A stretch of DNA of 64,000 nucleotides from Candidatus Ozemobacteraceae bacterium. GTDB lineage: Bacteria; Muiribacteriota; Ozemobacteria; Ozemobacterales; Ozemobacteraceae. The notes beneath the pieces were generated by a model. It was not told the DNA's origin. It did not search any database and saw only the letters and a list, made by a program, of their open reading frames with translations. Positions 10,601 to 19,673 of the stretch are shown here, in pieces. The translations under genes were made by a program, and so were the position numbers. Position 1 is the first letter of the stretch. Every line of letters begins with the position of its first letter. The stretch spans positions 1,984,001 to 2,048,000 of the forward strand of contig OZ223236.1 of the NCBI GenBank assembly GCA_965140445.1, in the 5' to 3' direction.

Positions 10601-13600
10601 TGGTGGAGCTCCAATTCCTACAGTTTTCCGAACCACATCTGTTCCAGTCGGGCCAATCTTACTTAGCGCCGGAGATTTCCCTGGAAATGGCACTTTTAAT
10701 CTTTACTACTACTTTACCGATGGGGTTGGAAACCAAAGCTCCATGGGAATATCTTCAATTAAGATTTTGGGACCAAGTTTGAAAATCAGCCCAGCTGTTG
10801 TAGGACCTTTGACCTCAGGAAGAACTCAGCAGTTTGCTGCAACCCTGGAGAATGCTGAAGGAACCGTTGTCTGGAGTATTGATCCAGCTTTGCCAGCAAC
10901 AACTTTCGGTTCAATTGACAATGCGGGGCTGTATACAGCGCCAAACCCAATATCAGTAGCAACACAGACAATTGTAAAAGCAGCGTTGTTTGGTGATCCC
11001 AACGTGAATGACTCTGTTTCAATTTCTTTGCAGACCCAGGTTGAAGTTGTGGTAGCTGAAAAGAACCATCAAATTTCACTTAATCTATCCAAGCAGATAC
11101 CAGTAATTTTTAGAAATAGTACTTTGGGTGGAAACATGGTCGTTGGAACCGCAGGCGGAGGAGTGGCAACGATTTCTGCTCCTGTTCCAGGAGTTCCGGC
11201 AACCGATAGAATAGCAACCATTACCTACACTGCACCAGCCTCGGTGCCAACAACTAATCCTGTTGCGGTAACTGTAAGTTCAGCAGAAGACCCAACTAAG
11301 CAGGAAATTTTGTATTTTACCATCAATTCCGGCCCATGGATTTCAGTAAGTCCAACTGATGCTGTCGCCAGAATTCGCACAGGCAAAACCTCCTTTGCTG
11401 CAACAACTTCATCTTCTACTGTATCAGTTGTGTGGCGTTTAACAAAAGGTGGCTTTTTTGACGCTGCAAAGACTTTAACTACTCAAACCACAAATGCTCC
11501 ACATAGCGTAACCGTTTATGCTCCAGATTCATTTCCAGGAGAAAACCCAGTTCAACTTGTGGCCAGCTTTGCTGAAGCAGGATTTGATTATTATGCTACC
11601 GCTGCCATTTCTTTGTCTTCTCCTGTTACTCTGACTTTAACCCCAAAAAATGAGACGATAGACCTTGGAAACTCTAGCGGTGTTTTGATGCAGGCTAAGG
11701 TCGACAACGCTACAACCACCTCAGTAACATGGCAATATAGAAACGCCTCTTCAACTGGCGCATGGACAAATATTGATTCCCCGGCCAATACAACCGGAAC
11801 CCTTGTTTCAACCGGTAATGATGCAACCTATTTGCCGCCAAGTGTTTTTCCTCCTGGTTTGGCAAATCAGCTCAATATAAGAGCTATAAGCATAGATGAT
11901 CCGGTTGCATCCGGTGTAGCAACAATAACCCTGATCGCCCCAATTGAAGTCGTTATCCATGAAGGATTCAATGCTTCGGCACCGGCTATAACAACAACCA
12001 CAGTTCTATTAGAAGTTGGAACCAGACAGTTCTTTGCCGAAATAAAAAATGCAACAGCAGGAACAAATCTGACTGCTAGCTGGTATGTTGGTGGCGTTGC
12101 AGGTGGTGATTCAACCAAAGGAACTGTAGACACTACGGGTAAATACTCAGCTCCCGATGCAACATCTCAATCGGTTGTAACTTTACGCGCAGTTAGTAAC
12201 GCAAATACTTCGAAGTTTGCTGATGTCCAGATCAATTTGCAGGATTTCTGGATACCACGAGCTCAAAATTTGAACTCTGTAACCAACGCAACCTATTCAA
12301 TTTTCTGCTTGGAAATTGATTCGACTACCCCAGCTGCAGACCCAAGGATTTTATATTGTGGAACAAATGGCTATGGGGTGTATAGAGCAACCGTTTCTCC
12401 GGCTTCAGATTGGTCTTCAATACCATGGACAGGAGTAACTGGTTTATCAACTAACCTGGTTAGTCAAGGTGCTAAATACATTGTTAATGGTTTAACAATA
12501 AGTAAACAGAACCCTGATAGAGTTGTAGCGGCGACAAATGATGGATTGTATTTAATTACTTCTAACGGCACAGTTGTTAATGCTATAACGCCGCCATTTC
12601 CAAGGACAGCTCCACATTCAGTTGCTGCAACTATTACTACCTATTCTGGTGACTTCACCAAGGTATTCTCATCCGCCATCATTGACCCTACTGATGATAC
12701 ATACATGTATGCCATCGGAAAGGATCAGGGCGTGCTTCGGTTTGTTTGGGGTGGAGCAAATTATACTTATAGTGGCACTCTTTATGATGACAATCAATTT
12801 TACAGCACCGTTGAGTATTATGAAGATCCCTGGAAGGTGGATACTGACTTAAATCCGGCTCCAGCATCAGTAAGCTTTGCTTTGGGAACAGTTTCGAGAC
12901 CAAAAAAGGTTTCTCCTGCTTTAGCCTCAGGAACTATGGAGTTTAACTGCGCTGCAATGACTCCTCAGAATCCCAACGTGCTTTATGTTGGCTTTACAAA
13001 ATATCTTGAATCAAGAAACCCGGACGTTTTTAAAGTTGGATATCTCAAGTTATCTAATATTAGAACAGCTAACTATTTATATGTAGGGGAAAAAGACTTC
13101 CTGGTCGGTGGAACTTCATTGCCTGAATATGATGCTACAAACGGTGGTAATATTATTCCAGCTCACCTGCCAGGGCAATTTGAAACTCTTTCAAATTGGC
13201 ATTTTACTGGAGGTTCAGGAATTATAAATTATGATACCTCTGGAATAATTCAATCAATAGCAATTGATCCAAACACTTCATCTACCATCTGGAGAGGTAA
13301 AAATAGTGGTATTGAGCGTTCTACAGACGATGGAAGTAATTTTACAATTGTTGGCAATTATGTAAATGTTAGAGATTTATTCATAGACCCAATTAACACA
13401 ATCAATGTTTATATTGGCACCGAAGACGGCCTTTATCGAACCAAAGATGCAGGTTCTTCATGGAAACGCATAAAAACAGGTCTTGAGGGAAATTCGACTT
13501 TAAACACTTTAGGCCTTACTCCTGGTGGTCTTGGAACCCGAAGAATATTCTCAGGCTCAACAAACGGTGTTTTTATGGGAAGAACTTCACTCGATCTGGA

Positions 13601-13604
13601 ATAG
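7626..13604 (+). CDS. Giant repetitive surface lipoprotein (carboxypeptidase-regulatory-like, tandem Ig-like repeats, C-terminal Asp-box propeller)
   Basis: Lipobox-like VFIG|C plus Gly linker; TDAYGNYSFSELAPGVYNL; G-x-K-x-VY-x-x-F repeats; GLYTAP/GKYSAP repeats; RSTDDGSNF and RTKDAGSSW Asp-boxes. Confidence 0.8.
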   Translation: MRNLWILFCCLCLTVFIGCLGMGGGGGGTSGTSGTVIDSSAVLSGKVYFGKSSLYGGIPVLAKDISGVVMGSTVTDAYGNYSFSELAPGVYNLFASTGESENQFVSAIQVIPGNPSKTQEKNLIELDSVSIDNVTSTSVRLKFSTSQSCISQVEYSYAGGATNLVSVNTTFADTHSTTITGLLPSTRYGFIVKLQTQDGQQFLYSSLSTQTLAGIGPNKTGISIENGAVSTRFTAVRLYLNAENASQMRIGTTEDLTDSIWETYSSFKDVTLSAGDGTKRVYVQFRDAFGNQSSVMNDSILLKSSSNGYIGVWINNGEALTNDNNVVLSMLFPGATRMQLSSRSDFFNSYWEIFSETKKFKFEAGDGPKVVYAKFSGGNADPNKVYTGSIQLDTTGPEVAFTINGGAAKTNNITVTLNFTPLQVPSKMQIEQDGSFDAESTWVQYSDSYQYVLSNTEGTKTVYARFADELGNIFGPVTDQIELDLTPPQNISFSINDGESQTSELEVRLSVSADDASQIMISNNENFAGATYERYKTIKSWVLGGYGIQSVYMMFVDDASNTSSAIVQSIEVIGEPAASGSIKINEDDSYSESATNSLYVYSDVATKFRISENENFSTLSDITYTPNYTGNVMKIDNFVFDPLAGHKKVYVRFQDASGSYSIASDTIIFIGPASNSITTVDPQPLGTYTVNLRPFAEKASEMLITENYADLSNQSIWQPFNYSVNFSLTQVNGKHTIYAKYRNVGHVETPVMTLDVQVSEIAPASPSIVLNAGDSVTNRSNVQVNVVTSEFYPILRLSNDGNFFSGADQAAVNQPWFLTPVAGEKTVYARFQHSTTGAYVFATDTITAVGPASPTISTSDSQPLNKNWVALKLYAGNATDMIVSENPGIKDATTGWVPYQEQLSFPLSTGVGNHTIYAKFRNAATNWIETEPVSLVVSVNNQSPTGNTATFRASADPTSTALSEVPVGSLPAFLHFDIQDPLTATVSWQLASGGAPIPTVFRTTSVPVGPILLSAGDFPGNGTFNLYYYFTDGVGNQSSMGISSIKILGPSLKISPAVVGPLTSGRTQQFAATLENAEGTVVWSIDPALPATTFGSIDNAGLYTAPNPISVATQTIVKAALFGDPNVNDSVSISLQTQVEVVVAEKNHQISLNLSKQIPVIFRNSTLGGNMVVGTAGGGVATISAPVPGVPATDRIATITYTAPASVPTTNPVAVTVSSAEDPTKQEILYFTINSGPWISVSPTDAVARIRTGKTSFAATTSSSTVSVVWRLTKGGFFDAAKTLTTQTTNAPHSVTVYAPDSFPGENPVQLVASFAEAGFDYYATAAISLSSPVTLTLTPKNETIDLGNSSGVLMQAKVDNATTTSVTWQYRNASSTGAWTNIDSPANTTGTLVSTGNDATYLPPSVFPPGLANQLNIRAISIDDPVASGVATITLIAPIEVVIHEGFNASAPAITTTTVLLEVGTRQFFAEIKNATAGTNLTASWYVGGVAGGDSTKGTVDTTGKYSAPDATSQSVVTLRAVSNANTSKFADVQINLQDFWIPRAQNLNSVTNATYSIFCLEIDSTTPAADPRILYCGTNGYGVYRATVSPASDWSSIPWTGVTGLSTNLVSQGAKYIVNGLTISKQNPDRVVAATNDGLYLITSNGTVVNAITPPFPRTAPHSVAATITTYSGDFTKVFSSAIIDPTDDTYMYAIGKDQGVLRFVWGGANYTYSGTLYDDNQFYSTVEYYEDPWKVDTDLNPAPASVSFALGTVSRPKKVSPALASGTMEFNCAAMTPQNPNVLYVGFTKYLESRNPDVFKVGYLKLSNIRTANYLYVGEKDFLVGGTSLPEYDATNGGNIIPAHLPGQFETLSNWHFTGGSGIINYDTSGIIQSIAIDPNTSSTIWRGKNSGIERSTDDGSNFTIVGNYVNVRDLFIDPINTINVYIGTEDGLYRTKDAGSSWKRIKTGLEGNSTLNTLGLTPGGLGTRRIFSGSTNGVFMGRTSLDLE

Positions 13605-13749
13605 CTTGCCGATCTTTTTTTACGAGTTATTCTTCATATGAGCTATTGAAAGTAAACCCAATAAAAAGGTCTATCCAGAGAATTCTTTGTAGCGCAAAAA
13701 ACTGCAGCTGAAAAAGCTGTCTGTAGGACTAAAGCGCTTGTAAAGGGTT

Positions 13750-14709
13750 TTACACAGAATCGTAGCGCTTTTTTAGCGCCTGCACATCTTGCCACATCAG
13801 CCAGTTAGGGCTGCCTTTAGCTCTTGATTCTGATCTAATTAGATATGAAGGGTGAAACATGGCCATGGTTGGAATTCCAAAAATAGAATCAAACCATTGC
13901 CCGTGAATTTTAGTGATTCCAGGCGTTTTGGGGCCCACCACGTAACGAATTGCTACGTTTCCAAGACAAGCTATGATCTTGGGTTGTAAAATGGCAAGCT
14001 GGCGCTGTAAATATGGTGTGCAACAAACCATTTCTGAAAAAACCGGGTCCCTGTTTCCTGGGGGACGGCATTTTAAAATATTACAGATAAAAACTTCTTC
14101 TCTTTTAAAGCCCGCCGCAGAAATTACTTTATCAAGATGCTTTCCTGCTTTTCCAACAAATGGAATGCCAGTCGCGTCTTCATCTGCACCGGGAGCTTCA
14201 CCAATGAAAACCAGTTTTGTTTTTTGAGGTCCTGCGCCAGGAACTGTTTTATTCCTGGTTTTGTGAAGCTCGCATTTGGTACATTCAGCGATTTCCGCAG
14301 AAATTTTTTCAAGGGAATCGTTTTCAACAAGTACTATTTCTGGAATAACTGGTTTTGGTTTTTCTTCTGAATGTCTTTCTTTTTTTATGGAAGAAAGGAG
14401 TTCTTCATCGGTTAAGTTGCGAGGAGCTGGTTTGCTTTTTGGCTTTGGCATGCTGGGTTTAACAGCTTTTTGCTCTACGGATTTTTGTTGAGGCTTTTCA
14501 GGTTTCTGCTCTTTAGATTTAACCTTTTCAGAGGCAATCTCAGGGGAAACCGCTTCGTAGCTTTGGTCTTCATCAAAGTTATAAAGGGAGTTTTCAGTAA
14601 TCTCGTTGTCATAATACCCTTCCATGCCTGGAGGAGTTAGCAGGGCTATTAGATCGACAGCTTCAATCTCTCGGCTATCCGAGTTCTTTTTTCCTTTTTT
14701 CTGGGTCAA
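13750..14709 (-). CDS. Uracil-DNA glycosylase family 4 with long N-terminal extension
   Basis: CTKCEL, GEAPGADED, PFVGKAG, NILKCRPPGNR, FHPSYL motifs. Confidence 0.92.
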   Translation of the reverse strand: MTQKKGKKNSDSREIEAVDLIALLTPPGMEGYYDNEITENSLYNFDEDQSYEAVSPEIASEKVKSKEQKPEKPQQKSVEQKAVKPSMPKPKSKPAPRNLTDEELLSSIKKERHSEEKPKPVIPEIVLVENDSLEKISAEIAECTKCELHKTRNKTVPGAGPQKTKLVFIGEAPGADEDATGIPFVGKAGKHLDKVISAAGFKREEVFICNILKCRPPGNRDPVFSEMVCCTPYLQRQLAILQPKIIACLGNVAIRYVVGPKTPGITKIHGQWFDSIFGIPTMAMFHPSYLIRSESRAKGSPNWLMWQDVQALKKRYDSV

Positions 14710-14736
14710 ACCAAATTCCTCGAAAAATTCTTTAAA

Positions 14737-16944
14737 CTACTTTTTGCCGTGCTGTTCCAGTCTGTATACTTTGGTTACACCAATCAATCTTGAAATAGAG
14801 CGAATCAAGCTATCAAGCATATTTGAATCTCTAACTTCAACAGTAAAATCAAGCAAACCTGTTTTCTTCTTGGTGGTTTTCGCTGTTGCAGAATGAATGT
14901 TAACGCTTTGATTGGCTATTACACTGGTGACAGAGTTCAACATACCTTTTCTGTCAGTGGTCTCTACTCTGATTTTTGCCATGTAATCGGTTTCCGGAGT
15001 TTCAACATCTGAAAGACCAAGATCCCATCTTACATCAATAAGCCTGTCTTCGGTGTCGTTGGCTAGATTTTGAGCGTTTGGGCAGTCCTTTTTATGAACT
15101 GTTACGCCGCGACCTCTGGTAATATAACCCATGATTGGATCACCAGGAATTGGGGTGCAACAACGGGAAATTTTAATTAATGTTCCCTCAAGGCCACCAC
15201 AAATGATTCGTGGCCCTTTTCCTGCATTTTTGGCTTGCTGCTTTTCCCGGCGACTTGCTCTATCTGATTTTACCTGACTCTTTACGATCATATCCGGGAA
15301 TAGTTTGCCTATTACCTGCTGTGCTCTAACTTCGCCCGAGCCAATTCCAGCATAAAGTTCATCTACAGATGGAAAGCCAAGCTCTTTAACTTTTTCGCCA
15401 AATGCATTTTGCTTGAAAGTTTTTTCAACATCCTTGGTTCCGCCAAGCTTTGAAAAGGTTTCGAGGAATTCCCGTTCTCCGGTAATGATATATTCCTCAC
15501 GAAATTCCTTCTTCAACCAGACTCTAATTTTCCTTCTGGCACTGGCTGAACCAACAATTTTTAGCCAGTCCCGGCTAGGCCCTTTCTGGTTTTTACTGGT
15601 AATAATTGAAACAATATCACCATTTTGTAATTGATATTCCAGCGGAACAATTCTACCGTTTACTTTTGCGCCTATGCATCTATGGCCAACATCTGTGTGA
15701 ATCTGATAGCCAAAGTCAATCGGCGTGCTTCCGTTTGGTAACTCTATTACATCACCTTTTGGAGTGAAAACGTATACATGATACTGGAAAAGCTCAACCT
15801 TAACGGTTTCCATAAATTCAGAAGCATCTTTAACCTCTTGATACCAATCAATAAGGTTTCTTAGCCAGGACAGCTTTTCCTTGTAATCTGGAGTTGTCTC
15901 TTTGCCTGAAACTTCCTTGTAATCCCAGTGAGCCGCAATTCCTTCTTCCGCGATATTATGCATTTCAAAAGTTCTGATTTGAACTTCAAGGGGCTTTCCA
16001 TCAAATAAAACTGTTGTGTGAAGCGACTGATACATGTTTGGTTTGGGAACCGCAATGTAATCTTTAAATCTGCCAGGAATTGGCTTCCAGTGCTTGTGGA
16101 CAATTCCAAGTGCAGCGTAACAATCTTTTACCGACTGGGTAAGAATTCTTATCCCGAGAAAGTCATACAGGCCTTCTAAGGTTGTATTATATTTGAGGGT
16201 TTTGTTATAAATTGAAAAGGCTTGTTTGGGGCGGCCGGAGATATCAACCTTGATATTTGTTTCCAGAAGATATGCCTGAATTTGGTCCATGGCTTCTTTT
16301 AGCTTTTTATCGCCTTCCATGCCTTCGCTATTCAGAAAATTAGCAATTTCTTCAGCTTTTTCTGGTTGAAGGAACTTGAAAGAAGTTTCTTCCAGCTCTG
16401 TTTTTACTTTGTTTATACCTAATCTATGGGCGAGGGGAGCGTAAATCTCTATGGTTTCGCGCGCAACGTATTTTTGCTTTACCGGCGGCAAAAATTGTAG
16501 TGTTCTAATGTTGTGCAAACGATCTGCAAGCTTAATCAAAATAACCCGGACATCGTTAGTCATGGCAAACAGCATTTTTCTAAAGTTTGCTGCCTGTGCG
16601 GCGGTTGCAGAGCTGAAAAACATTTTATTCAGCTTGGTTACGCCTTCTACAAGAGTGGCCATTGTAGGGCCGAACATGGATTCAAGATCTTCCGCAGTTG
16701 CAGCAGTATCTTCTATTACATCATGAAGCAAAGCTGCGCAGATTGATGTGGAATCAAGTTTTAGCTCTTTTGCCACAATGAGGGCAACAGATTCAGGATG
16801 CAAAAAGTAGGGCTCACCTGATGCTCTGAATTGGTCCTGATGGCACTCTTCCGCGAAATTGTATGCCTTTTCTATCCGAGCAAAATCCGCGTCGGGGTTG
16901 TATGACTTAACAGCACTAATAAGATCTTCAAGAGAAATAGCTAT
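14737..16944 (-). CDS. rel: Bifunctional (p)ppGpp synthetase/hydrolase (long RSH); start non-canonical, ATA 16944 or ATT 16938
   Basis: HD domain LLHDVIEDT, KLADRLHN, synthetase YQSLHTTV/EVQIRT, TGS VFTPKG, ZFD CCTPIPGD, ACT; frame extends 47 codons upstream of the tracked TTG. Confidence 0.93.
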   Translation of the reverse strand: MAISLEDLISAVKSYNPDADFARIEKAYNFAEECHQDQFRASGEPYFLHPESVALIVAKELKLDSTSICAALLHDVIEDTAATAEDLESMFGPTMATLVEGVTKLNKMFFSSATAAQAANFRKMLFAMTNDVRVILIKLADRLHNIRTLQFLPPVKQKYVARETIEIYAPLAHRLGINKVKTELEETSFKFLQPEKAEEIANFLNSEGMEGDKKLKEAMDQIQAYLLETNIKVDISGRPKQAFSIYNKTLKYNTTLEGLYDFLGIRILTQSVKDCYAALGIVHKHWKPIPGRFKDYIAVPKPNMYQSLHTTVLFDGKPLEVQIRTFEMHNIAEEGIAAHWDYKEVSGKETTPDYKEKLSWLRNLIDWYQEVKDASEFMETVKVELFQYHVYVFTPKGDVIELPNGSTPIDFGYQIHTDVGHRCIGAKVNGRIVPLEYQLQNGDIVSIITSKNQKGPSRDWLKIVGSASARRKIRVWLKKEFREEYIITGEREFLETFSKLGGTKDVEKTFKQNAFGEKVKELGFPSVDELYAGIGSGEVRAQQVIGKLFPDMIVKSQVKSDRASRREKQQAKNAGKGPRIICGGLEGTLIKISRCCTPIPGDPIMGYITRGRGVTVHKKDCPNAQNLANDTEDRLIDVRWDLGLSDVETPETDYMAKIRVETTDRKGMLNSVTSVIANQSVNIHSATAKTTKKKTGLLDFTVEVRDSNMLDSLIRSISRLIGVTKVYRLEQHGKK

Positions 16945-17300
16945 TCACCTGCTGCTTTCGAAAAGCTTTTAACGGCTTCTTCTATATTTTTTAGTACAAC
17001 GAAATGATGTGTGAACTGTGTTATTAAAAATACCCGGCGCATTTTAGAACTTAGATTAATAAGCTTTAAATCGCCGTCGTTTTGTCTTGTTTTTTTTAGA
17101 CCATGCACAAGTACGCCCATTCCAGCCGAACTCATATATTTAAGATTGGCAAGATCAATTACGAGATTAAAGCTTCCCTGTTCGCAAAGTTGGTCTATTC
17201 GGTCCCGTAGCAGGTCGGAATTCTCAAAAGTAATTTCGCCCTGTACATCAATTACAACAACATCGTTCTCATGCTGACTACATTCAATGGTTAAACTCAT
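16941..17300 (-). CDS. STAS-domain anti-sigma factor antagonist
   Basis: VIDLANLKYMSSAGMGVL motif. Confidence 0.9.
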   Translation of the reverse strand: MSLTIECSQHENDVVVIDVQGEITFENSDLLRDRIDQLCEQGSFNLVIDLANLKYMSSAGMGVLVHGLKKTRQNDGDLKLINLSSKMRRVFLITQFTHHFVVLKNIEEAVKSFSKAAGE

Positions 17301-17354
17301 GGAAGCTCCTGTTGGGGTTTACAGAATCAGAATATCATCAGCCTTTTACTACTG

Positions 17355-18023
17355 TCAAGAAAGGCTGTCCAAGGGGATATAGCCAGACTCTTTCAGGCTT
17401 AAATGATAACTTAGCGACTCAAGCTCGGTTGTGAGATCTACATTGTGTACAACAACATCTTCTGTTGATATAAGCTTGAAAGGGGCAAAGTTCAAAACAG
17501 CTTTTACACCTGAGAGCATAATGTAATCGTAAACTTCTTTAATAGCTTCAGCGGGAATCGTCAGAATCAGAATCTCGATGTCACGTTCCTTAACAATTTG
17601 GGGAATCTTTTCTACTGGAAGCACTTTTCCGCCTTGGCCAAATTCGTGGCCAATAATTTTTGGATCTTTATCAAAAAGAGCGGCAACTTTAAAATTTCGT
17701 TTTTCAAAGCCATTGTATAGTGCCAGTGCTGTGCCTAGTCGGCCACCAGCTCCAATAATTCCAGCTTTTCTGACTCTTTGAAGCCCAAGAATTTTTATTA
17801 TGTGGTCTCTAAGTTTTTTTACTGAATATCCAACGCCTCTTTTGCCAAATTCGCCAAAATAGGCTAAATCTTTTCTTACCTGAGCAGGATTAAGGGCCAG
17901 ACGCTTGGCAAGGTCGTGCGAAGAAATTACTTTTAATCCCTCTTCAGCCAGTGAGCTGAGACATCGCAAATATATGGATAACCTTCTTATTGTTGCCTGA
18001 GGCGGTACTAGTTTTTTACCCAC
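17355..18023 (-). CDS. rex: Redox-sensing transcriptional repressor Rex
   Basis: ATIRRLSIYLR, QVRKDLAYFGEFGKRGVGY, GAGGRLGTAL, VLNFAP. Confidence 0.96.
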   Translation of the reverse strand: MGKKLVPPQATIRRLSIYLRCLSSLAEEGLKVISSHDLAKRLALNPAQVRKDLAYFGEFGKRGVGYSVKKLRDHIIKILGLQRVRKAGIIGAGGRLGTALALYNGFEKRNFKVAALFDKDPKIIGHEFGQGGKVLPVEKIPQIVKERDIEILILTIPAEAIKEVYDYIMLSGVKAVLNFAPFKLISTEDVVVHNVDLTTELESLSYHLSLKESGYIPLDSLS

Positions 18024-18103
18024 ATTAATGCTCCTGTGATACTTTGTGAATTTTCAGTTTTTACCATAGATGTTCCAGCTTTTCAAGCAGGAAACACGAG
18101 TTA

Positions 18104-19069
18104 CTAAAGCTTGTCTGTTTTTAATCTGAAACCCAGAAGGAAATCTTTTACCGGCAATTTTCCTCTGCCAGGCTTTTGAAGTTCAAGTAAGCTTATGGCG
18201 CTGTTCTTACCGCAAGCTATTATAAATCCTTCTCCGGGGGAAAATTTCAGGACTGTTCCCGGGGCAGAATTAGAAGTGTTCGTTTCTGAAACCTTTGCTG
18301 AGAATACTTTTATTCGATCCTCGCAATGATTGAACCAGGCTCCCGGAAAGGGATTCATCGCTCTGATCAATCTTTCAATAGCAGGGGCTTCCAGATTCCA
18401 GTCTATTTGAGCCATTTGAGGTGAGATCTTACAGGTATAGGTTGCCTTTGAATGATCCTGAACAACAGGGGAAATTTTCTTTTCTGCAAAGTCTTTTAAA
18501 GCTTTTAACAGCAAAGCAGAACCTGAAAAACATAGTTTGTCATGTAAAGTTTCGACAGTCTCATCAGCAACAATTTCAACTTCGTTGACAGCAAGCATAT
18601 CGCCTTCATCCATTTTGCTGTTCATAAGCATTACAGTATTACCTGTTTTACTTTCCCCTTCAAGGATTGCGTGATGAATAGGGGAGGGGCCTCGAAATTT
18701 TGGCAGCAATGAGGCATGAAGGTTTACTGCTGCGATAGTTGGGATGTCCAATACTTTTTGGGTAAGAATTAACCCGTAGGCTACAACTACCAGAAAGTCA
18801 GGTTTAAAGCTGGCTAATTTTTCGATTTCTTCGGGAAACTTTTTGAATGAAGATGGGGTGCAAACCTCAAGTTCTCTGGAAAGTGCGAATTCCTTAACCG
18901 GAGTCATTGCGGTTTTCTTCCCTCGGCCTTTAGGTTTATCTGGCATGCAGTATACTGCTTCAACAGAAAAGTCTGAATCTTCGCACAAAGCCTTTAATGC
19001 TGGCACGGCAAAGTCAGGACAACCCATAAAAACAACTTTATATTTAGGTAATCCGGAAGCTGAATTCAT
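18104..19069 (-). CDS. fmt: Methionyl-tRNA formyltransferase
   Basis: VFMGCPDFAVP, VVAYGLIL, NLHASLLPKFRG. Confidence 0.96.
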   Translation of the reverse strand: MNSASGLPKYKVVFMGCPDFAVPALKALCEDSDFSVEAVYCMPDKPKGRGKKTAMTPVKEFALSRELEVCTPSSFKKFPEEIEKLASFKPDFLVVVAYGLILTQKVLDIPTIAAVNLHASLLPKFRGPSPIHHAILEGESKTGNTVMLMNSKMDEGDMLAVNEVEIVADETVETLHDKLCFSGSALLLKALKDFAEKKISPVVQDHSKATYTCKISPQMAQIDWNLEAPAIERLIRAMNPFPGAWFNHCEDRIKVFSAKVSETNTSNSAPGTVLKFSPGEGFIIACGKNSAISLLELQKPGRGKLPVKDFLLGFRLKTDKL

Positions 19070-19070
19070 T

Positions 19071-19595
19071 CTACTGTGCCACTTCTTCTTCTTCGTCGTC
19101 GATTAGGGACTGGCCGGATTTGAGTATTTCTAACTCGTGTTTTATCTGTAGTTTTCTTGCTTTGGAAATTCTATCCACAAATAAAACCCCATCAAGATGG
19201 TCAAGCTCATGCTGAATGGCACGCGCCAGAAGGCCTTCAGCTTCTATCTCATAGGTGTCGCCTTCAATATCAGTATATTCAGCTACAACGGTGGTTGCTC
19301 TTTCAACTTTTTCAGTGAGCCCTGGAAGTGAAAGACAACCTTCATCACAGGTTTCTTTTCCTGATTTTTTAAGGATAGATGGATTTATAAGAACCAAAGG
19401 ATCGTCGCCAATGTCTATAATTACCATTCTTATGTTTTTGCCAACCTGTGGGGCAGCAAGACCAACGCCATTTGCTGCATACATGGTTTCAAACATATCG
19501 TCGACAAGTTGTCGGAGTTCATCATTTATTTCTTCGATTGGTTGCGAATTTTCTCTTAATTCTTCTTCGCCATAATGTAGTATTCGATATTTCAT
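19071..19595 (-). CDS. def: Peptide deformylase
   Basis: GVGLAAPQ, EGCLS, HELDH; ATG 19595 preceded by GGAGG. Confidence 0.96.
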   Translation of the reverse strand: MKYRILHYGEEELRENSQPIEEINDELRQLVDDMFETMYAANGVGLAAPQVGKNIRMVIIDIGDDPLVLINPSILKKSGKETCDEGCLSLPGLTEKVERATTVVAEYTDIEGDTYEIEAEGLLARAIQHELDHLDGVLFVDRISKARKLQIKHELEILKSGQSLIDDEEEEVAQ

Positions 19596-19673
19596 AATGC
19601 CTCCTGGCATTTTGTGTATTTTCGTTTGTGAATAATATAACTTTTCTGGGTAATGTGTCAAAGAAATACTGAG

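Noticed and set aside
18030..18062. Rex operator upstream of rex
   Set aside because: Only one good half-site (TTGTGAA) plus a weak direct copy; no TTGTGAA-N4-TTCACAA palindrome
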